From positions 92,070,001 through 92,134,000 of the forward strand of contig NC_043005.1 in NCBI RefSeq assembly GCF_006345805.1: a DNA stretch of 64,000 bases, written 5' to 3'. Positions 1 to 12,960 of this stretch are shown in pieces. The translations under genes were made by a program, and so were the position numbers. The first letter of the stretch is position 1, and every line of letters starts with the position of its first letter. Source of the stretch: Octopus sinensis (taxonomy: Eukaryota). Under the pieces are notes generated by a model. It saw nothing but the letters and a program-made list of their open reading frames with translations, did not search any database and was not told where the DNA came from.

Positions 1-732
1 ATCAGATAATGAATTTGATATTGATCTGTTTAACGCCTTTTGTAAAATAATAAATTCCAGTATTGATTTGTTTATTTAATTCCTAACTGAACAGAATGAT
101 ACTATAAACGAAAATGATTGCGTAATAAAACACGTGAGCTTACTCCATTAATGGCATGGCGTTGTCGATAGGGACAGTGATAAGAGGTGTAGGGGTAGAG
201 AAGCGGGTGGATGAGGAGGAAAGCGGGGATTATAAAATAAACAGTAATACAATTAAACCATTTCGAGCAATGTACGGTTAATGCAGAGTTATGTTTCTTT
301 GGTGGTGGTTGTGATAAAGGTATAGGCCGTGGTGGTGTTTATGAGGATGGTGAAAATAAAGAGGGGAAGAGAAGAGGACGGAGAGGTGGAGATGGAATTA
401 TATTATAAGGTTGAATTGTTTCAAGGAATTAAATTTCCAGTTGGATAGGGGACAGTTTTGTGCACACGTGCGAAAATACATTTAAAGGCACACAAACATA
501 CACATGCACAAGTTCGCACGCAGCCAAACTTACGAAGCTACACGCACGCCGCCATTTCGGTAACTACTATCATGATGCTGACTAATATGACTGACTCTAG
601 TTGAACTAGTGCATGGGAATGCTCGCGCTTTGACAATTCCATTTCAGATGATTGTAACATCAGGTGTCTTGGGGAAATTTCGAACCTCGGTTCTCATTCC
701 TAAGGTATTTTTCGATGTTGTTGTTGTTGTTG

Positions 733-804
<72 letters not shown>

Positions 805-1579
805 TCACTGCCTGTAATCGAACTCGGAATCTTGGGGTTAGTAGCTCGCGCTCTTAACCACTACGCCATATGCCCATTTATCTGATGGTTTACTCTATAT
901 TTTTGTGGAGTGCAAATTTATTCTTTTGGAAGGATGTTGTTGACCGTGACTTGGAAGCTTCGACCAGCCATCGATCGATGGTATCATGGTTCAGCTGGCC
1001 GAAGCTTCGACGTCATTGCTAATAACATGCTTGTTTAATGATAACAATCTTTTTTACTGTATGTACGAGATATGAAATTTGGGGGAGGGAGTCAGTCGAT
1101 TGCATCAACCACAGTGTTTCATATCTACTTATTCTATCTACCCCGAAAGGATGAAAGGCAAAGTCGACCTCGGCGGAATTTGAACCCAGAACGTAACAAC
1201 GAACGAAATACTGCTAAGTATTTTGTCCGGTGTGCAAACGATTCTGTCAGCTCGCAGCCTTAATAATAATGATGATGATGATTACCCCAGGAAACCAGGT
1301 AACTCCAAAATTCAAAAAATAGTGCTCATAGGAACTGCCCATATCCTACGTAAAATACTGTCTATGTAATCTAACATTTTAAAACAAACTTATAATTTCT
1401 TTATGTTTTCTTAAACATTCTTTAGAACAATATTATGTGCAAAACCAGATATATGACACCCTAGGCATAACACCAACATGAACACTTCTAACTTGTTGTC
1501 TCTTGAGGTCTCTGAGTGAGACTTGGAGCCAACTTGTACAAATACAAAGCAAAAGTCAAACATATAATAATAATAATCC

Positions 1580-1943
1580 TTTCTACTGGAAGCACAAGGC
1601 CTCAAACTTTGGGGGAAGTGATTAAGTCGATTACATCGATCTCCGAAAGGATGAAAGGCAAGGTCGACTTCGCCGGAATTTGAACTCAGAACGTAACGGC
1701 AGACGAAATACCTATTTCTGTACTACCCACAAGGGGCTAAACACAGAGAGGACAAACAAGGACAGACAAACGGATTAAGTCGATTATATCGACCCCAGTG
1801 CGTAACTGGTACTTATTTAATCGACCCCGAAAGGATGAAAGGCAAAGTCGACCTCGGCGGAATTTGAACTCATAACGTAACGGCAGACGAAATACGGCTG
1901 AGCATTTCGCCTGGCGTGTTAACGATTCTCCCAGCACACCGCC
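1580..1943 (-). mobile_element. SINE family A copy with partial tandem duplicate; further copies near 1075-1262(-), 24160-24760(-, three decayed), 25545-25735(+), 45165-45365(-), 56425-56655(+), 57980-58190(+)
   Basis: Sequence similarity to 14707-14938. Confidence 0.8.
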
Positions 1944-1944
1944 T

Positions 1945-1987
<43 letters not shown>

Positions 1988-2329
1988 TAATAATAATAAT
2001 AATGATGATGATGATGTGATAACAACAACAACAACAATTTTTTATCATAATTATTTCTTTTATTATAACTAGCAATAAGGAAAAACAATAAGGAAAAACA
2101 ATGCTATGTTTAGGATAACATTTCAATTTAATTCAACTATTGTTTGAGAAATATACCAAAGATATAATTTGATAATATATTTACATATTCTTATTTATGC
2201 AAATACTTTACAAAATCAGTAATAAAATAACAAAGAAAATATTAAACAAATCTGTACGTTTTACACAGGCAGCATATCAATATTTACACTATTTCCGTGT
2301 TGATAACATTATGCGTAAGTCTTCTTACA

Positions 2330-2770
2330 TGTTCATTATGACGGCTACTTGTTCCTGATCTGGTAAATTCTTTTTGATCAGCAAATATTTAAAGATTCAC
2401 TGGATCCCCAACTCTACTGAGAGCGAAATATAACTGGGCATGAGTAATTACGGGCGCAGGCATGTAGATGCCGCACTTAGAAGGGCTTTGAACTTGACTT
2501 TTGTTTATAGACATCGCGAAAGCAGGTCTCGCTGGAAATTGGCGTCTTTTCAAAGTAAAGGGCAAATCGGTATCAGATGGCTGCAGAACAATGCGGGGAA
2601 TCAAAAGTGTGCATCCTGCATCAACACCAGTTATTTTACTTGCAGTGATCATATTATCTGACACCGATAACACAATGACGTGCACCATTGCAGTACCCAT
2701 TTCTCTAATCTAAGTTTCTTAGCAACATTACAGGAACACCCGTTTTTAATTTGATAATGCGAGGTGGCAT
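2330..2770 (-). pseudogene. Helitron PIF1-type helicase C-terminal fragment
   Basis: LIPRIVLQPSDTDLPFTLKRRQFPARPAFAMSINKSQ.Q...HAQLYFALSRV. Confidence 0.85.
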
Positions 2771-3259
2771 GCCACTTATTTTAAGAGAATTCAGAAATTC
2801 AGAAGGATAGAGTGCAGATTGCTGATCTTCTGCAACGGAAATAATATTCCTCAGAGTATATATATCTCACTTGGAAATTTCTGGTTATTTAGATTGTCAA
2901 CTTCGTTCTTTGTTGTTAATATTTGTTGTGATGATAACCATTGGGCATTGTTAAAATTAACCTCTAAATCTTCACAGACACGGTTGATCAAATCCTCCTT
3001 GCTGTTGAAATTGTTGAAGAATCTCTATTACCTCATCATATAATTGTCTTTGAACATCACCAACCTGCAATAACCAAACAGAATGATTTGCCAGTCGAGA
3101 TTGAGAGGTGGTATCATAATTGCACTCTCATATTTGTGGTGAGATGAAGTACTTCGCATTCGTACCAAATTACGGATTTTTTCAAACATGTTTCAGTTAG
3201 AGAAGACCTTTGTGCTCTTCGAACCACTTTGTGCTCTTCGACCGTTTGACTCCATGCAG

Positions 3260-4510
3260 GGACGTAGACGGTCACCAGTCTAAAGGCACCACCTTCGCTA
3301 TTGCTCACGTCCAGGACCACCAACTTACCTTCTGGATCCCGGAAGATCGTCCTTACCTCGAGATTCAGGCCTTTCCTAAACAGCACTGCTACTCCACCTC
3401 CCATTCCCGGCCGACTAACAGATACAAACATTTGATAGTCGTCGAAAATGGGGGCTGGTGCGCGTGTGTTGGAAATCCTGGTCTCGCTGAGAGTAATTAC
3501 GTCCAATTCTAAAAACCCAAGGTCGTTAAGCAGGCGGCCCTACTTCCAGGGCGATCCCAGGCCTCGAACATTTAAACTTTCAACTCTTAATACGGCCATG
3601 TTGGCAACCTAAACAGAGGGGAAGGGTTTACTTACCTCCCAGTATCTCGTGAATGTCGAGTGGTATGTTTCTATTCATGTGTGTATTTGGGTGGGGGGAG
3701 AGCTGTCCTAGTTTCCTGCTTGGGTGGTCAGTGTCTTTGGTGGTGTTTCCTTTGGTGTTGTTGATGGTGATTTTGCCAGTGCTGGTGTTGGTTGCGGTCC
3801 TCGCCCCGGCGTAGGCAACAATGGAGACCTTTGATCCCTTGCACCTTTATCAGTTGAAGGCAGAAGGCTCTCAAATGGGTTGTTTCTCCACAAACAAAAC
3901 AATACAGCATTTTGCACTCAGTCATTATATGTATCACCGTCCCGTTATGGAGACGGGTGTGGTCCGGGATTCTTTTTGTGTTTTCGGACCTGCTCTGGAG
4001 AAGTATCTCCAGGTCAACGTCGGACCAGTCCTCTCTGGCAGTTTTTGTTACCTCTATCGGGACGGTATCCGTCCTTCCACAATTACGCATCCCAGAAGCC
4101 ACCACAAATCAAGCTCTGGTAGAGTCCTTGGAATGTGGACACGCGCTGTTCGTTTTCCCATGTGGGAGGGGTACATTATGACCTTGCTGGTTTTGCAAGG
4201 GGTTATTGAATGTAATGTTTCATAGTGAGGGTTTCTGACTTAAACAGCACCGAAGTGGTGCCGTATTGTCTGCCCCTCACTATGTACTCGGTGTCATCCT
4301 TGATGCCATGTCAGCACAGCTTCAATACCTGCTTCCACAATTAAAGCCGCTTTCATTGTTTCTGCTAAGATGCATCTAAATGCACCGTTCTTCGCTCCAC
4401 TGCTTCATTGGCCTCCGCCGGGATAGTTAAGTTGGCCCAGGTTTACTCTTGCTTGATGAGCTTCCAGGCCTTGGCCAACTTTATCTTTATTTGTGAGGTC
4501 CATGCTCAAG
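3260..4510 (-). mobile_element. L1/Tx1-clade element, 5' part: ORF1 with CCHC knuckle plus start of ORF2 AP-endonuclease
   Basis: CFVCGETTHLRAFC; ORF2 begins at 3599 with MAVLRVESLNVRGL, then TLSETR and GGGVAVLFRK; internal stop. Confidence 0.75.
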
Positions 4511-5170
4511 TGTAGCCTCTTTTTGGCAGCTGCTGCAGCGAAAGTGTTCTTGTTGTTAATGTTGGTATTGTTCTCGTTGTTGTTGCTGTGACTGCTGCCG
4601 CTGCTGCTGTTATTGTTGTTGCTGTCGTTGTTCTTGTTGGTGTTGGCTTTGTTGCTGTTGCTGTTGTTGATACCTTTGCTATTGTTGTTGTTGCTGCCAT
4701 CACTGCAGCTGCTGTTGTTGCTGTCTCTCGCGTTGTTGTTGTTGCTACCAATACTACTACCACTGCTGCTGCTGCTGTTACTGCTACCGCCGTGGCTGTC
4801 ACTGCTACCACTGCTGTTGTCGATGTTTCTACTCCTGTTACTACGAGGTGGAATTTGTACTTTTCTATTCGTGTGTTGATTTGTTTACGTCGCTAAAACT
4901 TACCTATTCAGCAAGAATACGTACCAGGCTTGAAAATAAGCATAGCTGCAGTTCAATGACTGGAACGAGTCAAAGATTAAAGCATATACAATGCTAATGT
5001 GTATACATATGCCCCTACAAATGCATAAGTATATTCGAGAAAATATAAAGATATATCTGAGTCAGTATGTGTCGTTTCGTGCATAAAATAACCATGATTT
5101 TACATGGGAAGTGAAGTTAACCCGTATGAGAGAGAAACAGATGGAGAGAGAGAGAGAGAAAAAAGGAGGG

Positions 5171-5212
<42 letters not shown>

Positions 5213-5804
5213 TGTGTGTGCGCGTGCGCCTAAAAGTGAGTTTAAGTAAGACAGAGAGAGAGAGAGTGAGAATACCGGAAAAGTTGATTACTTCCTTTTT
5301 CCTTCCTTTATTTGCTTTTCGGAACAGCAGAGTAAGGTTGCTCACTAAAATTATATCATGGCGATGAAAATAGTATTATATCACGTATGATAAAAGTTAT
5401 GATAGTATGTATTTAAAAAATGCAGAAAGAAAAAGGAAAGAAAAGAAAAGAAGAAGGAAGGAAAGAAGAGAGGGAGGAGTAAGAATGAAAGAAAAATATT
5501 GGACAGTTAACCTTTAAGGAAGAAAAAAGAAAGCATTCCATCTTTACGATCTTGGCTTTTAGTACTCTAGAAGCCGTAATAGTCACAGATCGTTGGAAGA
5601 GATAACCAAAAAATCGATATTTCGCCTCAAAGTACAGTTGCTTTCCATACTAAATAAATAAATAAATAATAAATAAAAGAACAAAAACCGTAAAACAATA
5701 AAAGATAAAAGATTTCGGGCAAAAGTTAGGAAGAAAACCAGTTGTTTTGTTTTTTAAGAAAAATGCTTAATCGATTGTATCCATTTCAGTGTCTTACAGA
5801 TCCT

Positions 5805-5919
<115 letters not shown>

Positions 5920-6129
5920 CGTGCGTGCGTGTGTGTGTGTGTGCGCTTCTAAAAATCTATCTCAGATATATGAAAGGCAAAATAGTCAACGTAGCATCCC
6001 AAATAAGGTAAAACATTATGATTGGTCTTCCTCGTTTTTATCATATGTGTCTTGTTTGAAAAAGTTATCGCTTTACAAATAAATGAAATAAATAAAAGGC
6101 TAATTTATCAATGATTTTTAACCTCAACA

Positions 6130-6480
6130 AAAGATCACAAATTTTGGTGGCAGGTAAATTATACAGGTAAAGAACCTGCAATCACTTGAACAAGATCTTG
6201 ATTGTGTCGAGAACGATGAAAACTTTTTAAAAAGCTTGTGTAGGCTTCTGAGCAGATATCGCCAAGCTTTTGGCAAAATTTGATCCAGATTCTCTGCTCA
6301 AATTTCTCCGTCATATTCAATGCGACGATCACACATTACACACGTTACTTCCAAGCACTGCTGTAAACAGCGGAAGTGAGCTCGAACGTTAAACCTTAGT
6401 GCGCATGCACAACAGGGTTTCAGGTCAAGCTGTACCAAGCGGCTTTACTCTGCGTGTTTTAGCTCCGATACTATGGCAAC
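6130..6480 (-). mobile_element. Mariner-derived remnant (transposase N-terminus only)
   Basis: Minus strand MTEKFEQRIWIKFCQKLGDICSEAY. Confidence 0.5.
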
Positions 6481-6584
6481 AGTCCGGATATTTATTGATC
6501 AGACCATGTGTATGTATGTATGTATATAAGATAAACTTACTTGGAAATGGATGCGTGGCGTTCAATCATATAATAATATAAATA

Positions 6585-6626
<42 letters not shown>

Positions 6627-6629
<3 letters not shown>

Positions 6630-7486
6630 TTTAACAATTAAGGATAATCTCTTAATAAGGGATCTTAACAAGAAATTATCGGGTAGCTAGCGTGAAAACC
6701 TCATAAGAGAAAATAATTCGAAAATAATTTTTTCCTTTTGAACAAATTAATTATATCTATATTGTATAGAGGGCATTATTACACATAAATGCCTCACACT
6801 AGGAGGGACAAAGTCATTACTACCAAAATTATACTAATCATACCCAAATGCAGTTTTTCAAAGCAAGACATTTAAAAAATGAATTTAGTTCTGTATCACC
6901 GTGATTTCACATTCAACTTACGTCTAATGATCGTCAGCAGAACTGATTCTGAACACAGCATAAATAAACTACCAACCTTACGTAGCGAAGACGAACAGAC
7001 AACTGCTCACTCCGGCCAAGCACATGGAATGTTTATAAATCATATATCCGGTAAATGGCGGGCTTTTTACGAACTGCATGTCGGGTAATGAAAAGTATTT
7101 CGGAATAAGTTTAACAATTAAGGATAATCTCTTAATAAGGGATCTTAACAAGAAATTATCGGGTAGCTAGCGTGAAAACCTCATAAGAGAAAAGAATTCG
7201 AAAATAATTTTTTCCTTTTGAACAAATTAATTATATCTATATTGTATAGAGGGCATTATTACACATAAATGCCTCACACTAGGAGGGACAAAGTCATTAC
7301 TACCAAAATTATACTAATCATACCCAAATGCAGTTTTTCAAAGCGAGACATTTAAAAAATGAATTTAGTTCTGTATCACCGTGATTTCACATTCAACTTA
7401 CGTCTAATGATCGTCAGCAGAACTGATTCTGAACACATCATAAATAAACTACCAACCTTACGTAGCGAAGACGAACAGACAACTGC
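6627..7486. repeat. Tandem duplication, 480-bp unit (1.8 copies), bounded by TA-rich microsatellites
   Basis: 6627-7006 is nearly identical to 7107-7486 (offset 480). Confidence 0.95.
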
Positions 7487-8179
7487 ATATATATATATAT
7501 ATATATATATATGCATATATATGCATATATATATATATATATATATGCATATATATGCATACATATATGTGCATACTTACATATATATGAAATATGAAAT
7601 ACGAAAACATGGAATACGAACTTTGCGAACAACGAGAGAAGCAAATGGAAAACAAGACAAGTAACATAAAGAACGACCCTTCATCAGTTGTCGGCTGTTT
7701 TATCTACTCCGCATTTCGAGCAATTACGGCAAGATCTGTCTTCGATAAAAAAAAAGTTGCTACCGCAAAGTAGAGTAAAATTTGGGATTTGCGGAGGGTC
7801 AAAGTTGGTAACAAAAACAGGACAGTGAAAACAAACAGTAAGGGCTGCTAAGCCATAACGAGGTGAGGTGGCAAATGCTGGAGGAACATGCTTTGACAGG
7901 AGAAAAGATAGGAGAGGACACAGACAAGAATGCGTGTGATCTATGTGGTAGATCAAAAGAAAAGAAAGAAGCTTAAGTTAGGAAAAGAAAGATGGTCGAT
8001 GACCACGTGTGAGCAACGAGAGAGTAAAGGAGGAAGAGTGAGAGAGAGAGAGGGACAGATAGAGAACAGTGAAGAGGAGAGGGAAAGAATTAGAGGAAGG
8101 ATGAGAGAGAAAAACCAAAGGGGGAGAAGGGGAAATAAAGAAAATTAGAGAAAGGAAGAGAGAGAAAAACGAAGCGTGG

Positions 8180-8320
8180 AGAAAGAACAGTACAGAGAGT
8201 CGCATCAAAATTATTAAGATAAACTTACTGCCGCATGGCCGCAGTCACATAACTGAAAGAAGTAAAACGATAAAAAACTATGCTATTTTATTCCCGAGCA
8301 AGTCGGGGTTTCTCTGCTAG
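8180..8320 (+). mobile_element. Helitron-type 3' end remnant
   Basis: CCCGAGCAAGTCGGG hairpin plus CTAG|T, the same terminus type as 43748-43775; 5' boundary uncertain. Confidence 0.45.
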
Positions 8321-8800
8321 TATGTATGTATATATATATGTATATATATATATATAGTACAAAGCGAGATAGGGGTTATGAGTGTAACCCACAATGGGAT
8401 ATCAGTTATCAAATATACTGCTAGTGAAGTACCTAAAAGGCAAATACATAAATGCTTATAATTGCAATGCAATTAATTCATTTATTGTATTAGATGGGCG
8501 AAGGTAAAATATTTTACCTCAAATTCATAATACAAATAAGAAAATGGAGGAACAGATTCCTTTCAATCATCAACTTACAGATAATACCAATTCATATTAT
8601 TTATTAACTACTTAAATAGGAACATTCAAATCCAACAGAATAAAACAGAATAAAACAATATACATCAATAAGTAAGACAATACCATAAAAATAATACATA
8701 TAAAATGGATCTTACAGCTGTTTCAGCCTGTAGATAAAGGTATCTCATTGTGCATATATTAGTCATATGTATTGAGGTAATATGCGCTTAAAATGAGTTA

Positions 8801-8858
<58 letters not shown>

Positions 8859-9582
8859 ATATATAATATATATATATATCGTCAGAGATTATAAAGTACA
8901 ATTATAAAAATACAAAAATGCAAATATAAATATGAAACAAAATACATATACATAAGAATATATATATATATATATATATAAGTGTATATACATATATATA
9001 AGTATATATATAATAATATACACATAAGGTTACAGATGATCAAATATATATACTGGAGTATACATATACATCCACATCAATGAGTACATATATAAAGTCC
9101 AAAGTTCATTATATTAAATTACCAAAACTATTAATATTATTATTATTATTATTAATACCAATAATGGAATATGTGCATTCTGCTATTCACAATACATAGT
9201 AGATGGAAAATACCACATACAATATAGTATAATATAATATAGTGTAATATAATATAATATAATATAAAATAATATATTGTACCCATTGATGTGGATGTAT
9301 ATGTATACTCCAGTATGTAGGTCAACTACTACAAATATAAATGGGTTGGGTGGTGCTAACAGCAACTATAGGGTACGGGACAATAAGGAATATAATATTG
9401 TGAATGGTAATAATTCTAGTAGCGGTATAAACAGAGCTATATTAAATGACTTTGCACATAACATTAATATTAATAATAATGATAATAATAATAATAATAA
9501 TGATAATAATAATGATAATAATAATAATAGTAATAATAATAATAATAATAATAATATAATAATAATAATAATAATAATAATA

Positions 9583-9987
9583 GGCGCAGGAGTGGCTGTG
9601 TGGTAAGTAGCTTGCTAACCAACCACATGGTTCCAGGTTCAGTCCCACTGCGTGGCATCTTGGGCAAGTGTCTTCTGCTATAGCCCCGGGCCGACCGATG
9701 CCTTGTGAGTGGATTTGGTAGACGGAAGCTGAAAGAAGCCTGTCGTATATATATATATATATATGTGTGTGTATGTGTTTGTGTGTCTGTGTTTGTCCCC
9801 TAGCATTGCTTGACAACCGATGCTGGTGTGTTTACGTCCCCGTTACTTAGCGGTTCGGCAAAAGAGACCGATAGAATAAGTACTGGGCTTACAAAAGAAT
9901 AAGTCCTGGGGTCGAGTTGCTCGATTAAAGGCGGTGCTCCAGCATGGCCGCAGTCAAATGACTGAAACAAGTAAAAGAGTAAAAGAG
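9583..9987 (+). mobile_element. Full-length tRNA-derived SINE, family B (CORE-like)
   Basis: A box TGGCTGTGTGG, B box GGTTCAGTCC, CCTTGGGCAAGTGTCTT-type core, tail CAGTCAAATGACTGAAACAAGTAAAAGAG; inserted in an (AAT)n tract. Confidence 0.85.
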
Positions 9988-10012
9988 TATGATGATGATG
10001 ATGATGATGATG

Positions 10013-10066
<54 letters not shown>

Positions 10067-11183
10067 TTTACGGAAATAGAAAAACTTATTTACACCATAG
10101 TAACAATAATAATTATGACAAGGATTTTAGTCATAATCTTGGTAATATAAATCCTAGAAAGTGTAGGGGAAATAAGGGGAATAGGGTATTTGTTAATAAT
10201 AGGAATATGATGGGTAACCAATATAGCGGTAATGATGCACTATGGCTAATAATTCCATATGCTATGCAAATTAAAACTGACATAGTTGGTATTATCCATA
10301 GTTTATTGAACAAGCATTTTGGGAAGGGAAAGAATAAATATTGTAACATAATTAATAATAAAACTATTAGAATTGGATACAGCCTTACTCATAATTTGGC
10401 CACCATAATATCCTCTTTTAATAATAGAAAATTAGACCATTTCTATCTTGATAGAAAGAAAAACTTGGGTAGCAGTAACGTGCCTCACTACCACTTGAGA
10501 TTTAATAATTTTAATTTTAATAGTGCGAGTGTGGGTAGCCCTAATGGAGGTAATAGTAGCGGTATTTCTGTAACGACGAATAGTAACATGGTTGATGATA
10601 TTGGTATTAGTAGTAGTAGCTCTAACGATTTAAATAATATTAATAATGTTAAATATAGACCTACGTTGAATATAGGAATAATTAGTGAGAATGATGTTAA
10701 CATTATCAATAATAATATTGATGCTGGGAATCATAATAAGGTTAAACTTTATCAATTAGATAATGGCTGCAATTGTAGAATTAAAGACAACTGTGTGTTC
10801 AATAATGAATGCTTGAAAAAAGAGGTGGTTTACCAATGTATTGTGAGTACAAAATACGATAGTAGGGTATATATTGGTGCTACTAAAAATAGTCTGAAAC
10901 AGAGACTTAATTATCATAGATACACTTTTAGGAATAGGAATAGGATTAATTCTACAGGGTTAAGTACATATATTTGGGAGCTTAAGAGCAAGAATATAGA
11001 TTATAATTTACATTGGAAAATACTTCTGCTCCAGCGTATAATAATAGGACTAGAAAATGCTCTTTATGTATTAATGAAATTTTCTTTATAATCAAAGCTA
11101 ATTTACCTATTATAAATAATCTTAAGGAACGTAATGTCTCATGCCTTCATAAACTAACGTATACTTTCTCTAGATTCAAATAG
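9934..11183 (+). pseudogene. Penelope-like ORF remnant: Asn-rich linkers, PY..IKT.I....L.KHF segment and GIY-YIG endonuclease; frameshift near 11027
   Basis: CNCRIKDNCVFNNECLKKEVVYQC...VYIGATKNSLKQRLNYH...STGLSTYIWELK...WKIL, continuing in frame +3 as APAYNNRTRKCSLC...SCLHKLTYTFSRFK* (TAG 11181-11183); no RT motifs seen. Confidence 0.82.
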
Positions 11184-11589
11184 CACTTAGTTTTAAATTA
11201 GTAATTTTAAATGACTTAAATAGTTGTTATAGACTTATGTACTGTATTTATCTAGGAATACTAATTCTGCCATAAACCATGGGCATACTAATTTTATATT
11301 TCTATGTATAAGTGTTTTGTTTTGTTTTGTTTTTGAATGTCTGTGTATTTGTATATTTTGATATAGGTTTTTTGTGTATTTTGATATATATCTAATCTTC
11401 TACTGGTCTCTCATGTATATGTATATCATATGATATGCATTCAGTTTGGGACTTCGGTGTATTGATGTGTACTTAGTATAGGTCAATGTACTAAACACAT
11501 GGTGGTCACTATTGGATACGTACGTGTGTATACATACATATGGGTGTATATGTATTTATTTTTCATGTAGGTCTTTGTATGAACCCACA

Positions 11590-12331
11590 TGGTCTTCAAT
11601 ATTAAGTTGTTTTTATGTGTTTTTATGTATGTTTGTACTTATTTGTACTTTTTTATTTACTGGTACTTGATAATTCATTATAACATATATATGTATATGT
11701 GTGCATTTGTGTATGTATATGCACGAGAGTATGTGTATGTGCATGTATATCCGTATATATGTGTGTGCATATTTATGTGTGCATGGATGTGTGAGCGCAT
11801 GTTTGCGTATGCACACATGTGTTTGCGTATGCACACATGTGTTTGTGTATGCACACATGTGTGTGCGCATGTGTATGTGTGTGTGCATGCGTGTATGTAT
11901 GGGCGGTTGTATGTGCGCACATGTTTGTGTGTGCGCGCATATATGTGTGCATGTATGTATGTTTACATATGTGTGGGTGCGTATGGTTATATGTACATAC
12001 TTTTGTGTATGTATGTATATACTTATATGTATATGTATGTACGTATGTTTATGTGTGTGCGTGCGCATTTGTGTATAGGTCTGTGTATATATTTGGATGT
12101 ATGACCTTGTATGTATGTGTGGGTTGATGAATGGATGTATATTGGTATGCATGCAGATGTGCATATATATGTGTCTGAGGAGTGTGTATGTGGGTATATT
12201 AATGCTTGTATGTGGTGCGTGTATATATGTGTGTGTGTATCTAGGTATATATGTTTATAGATTTATATGTATGTATATGTATATAGGTGCAGGTGTGCAT
12301 ATGTGTGTGTGTATTTATGTGTGTGTGTCTG

Positions 12332-12375
<44 letters not shown>

Positions 12376-12501
12376 TGTAAGTGTGCACGTGTGTGTGCTG
12401 TTGAATGTTCGTATATCTGTGTATATGTGTGTAGGTATATATATTATATATATATATATATATATAATATATATATATCTATATATATATATATATATAT
12501 A

Positions 12502-12541
<40 letters not shown>

Positions 12542-12688
12542 TGTAGTCGTGCATATATGTTTGTATATGTTTTGTGTGTATGTGTATGTGCTGTTGAAGT
12601 TGTGTGTGTGTGTGTACATATGGATATGTATTTATGTCTATTTAAGAAGTGTGTTGTATGTATGCGGATATATATATATATAATATAT

Positions 12689-12730
<42 letters not shown>

Positions 12731-12960
12731 TATTCTAGTAGGGTGTATGTATGTATATGAATGTATGTATATTGTATATGTATATTTTGCGTATGTGTGG
12801 CTGTTTATAGGTCTGTATGCAGGTGTACATGTGAATGTTTATGTACGTGATATGAGTGTATATATGTATATGCATATATATATTTACTTATGTACCTCAA
12901 CCTATTTTGGATTAAGGTATTTGTTGTATTTATATAGGTTTATGGGAAACGGGTGGACTG
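11590..12960. repeat. Compound (TG)/(TA)/(ATGT)-rich microsatellite field; similar tracts at 716-800, 4545-4830, 5806-5943, 13645-13910, 30525-30760, 62765-62935
   Basis: Direct inspection; these tracts generate most of the spurious YI/CV/HT-rich ORFs in the track. Confidence 0.95.

Noticed and set aside
3208-3241. 15-bp direct repeat CTTTGTGCTCTTCGA at the end of the L1/Tx1 fragment
   Set aside because: Both copies are on the same side of the element, so it is not a TSD; most likely a local slippage duplication.
7675-7730. Minus-strand GAAA...CTGATGA arrangement (type II-like hammerhead order)
   Set aside because: I could not form stems II and III convincingly; it may be a pLTR remnant but is not supportable.
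9583-9660. tRNA-like A/B boxes in SINE heads
   Set aside because: No complete cloverleaf; they are SINE promoters, not tRNA genes.
10768-11150. Selenocysteine (TGA) recoding as in some Naiad elements
   Set aside because: All conserved Cys positions use TGT/TGC and there is no in-frame TGA.
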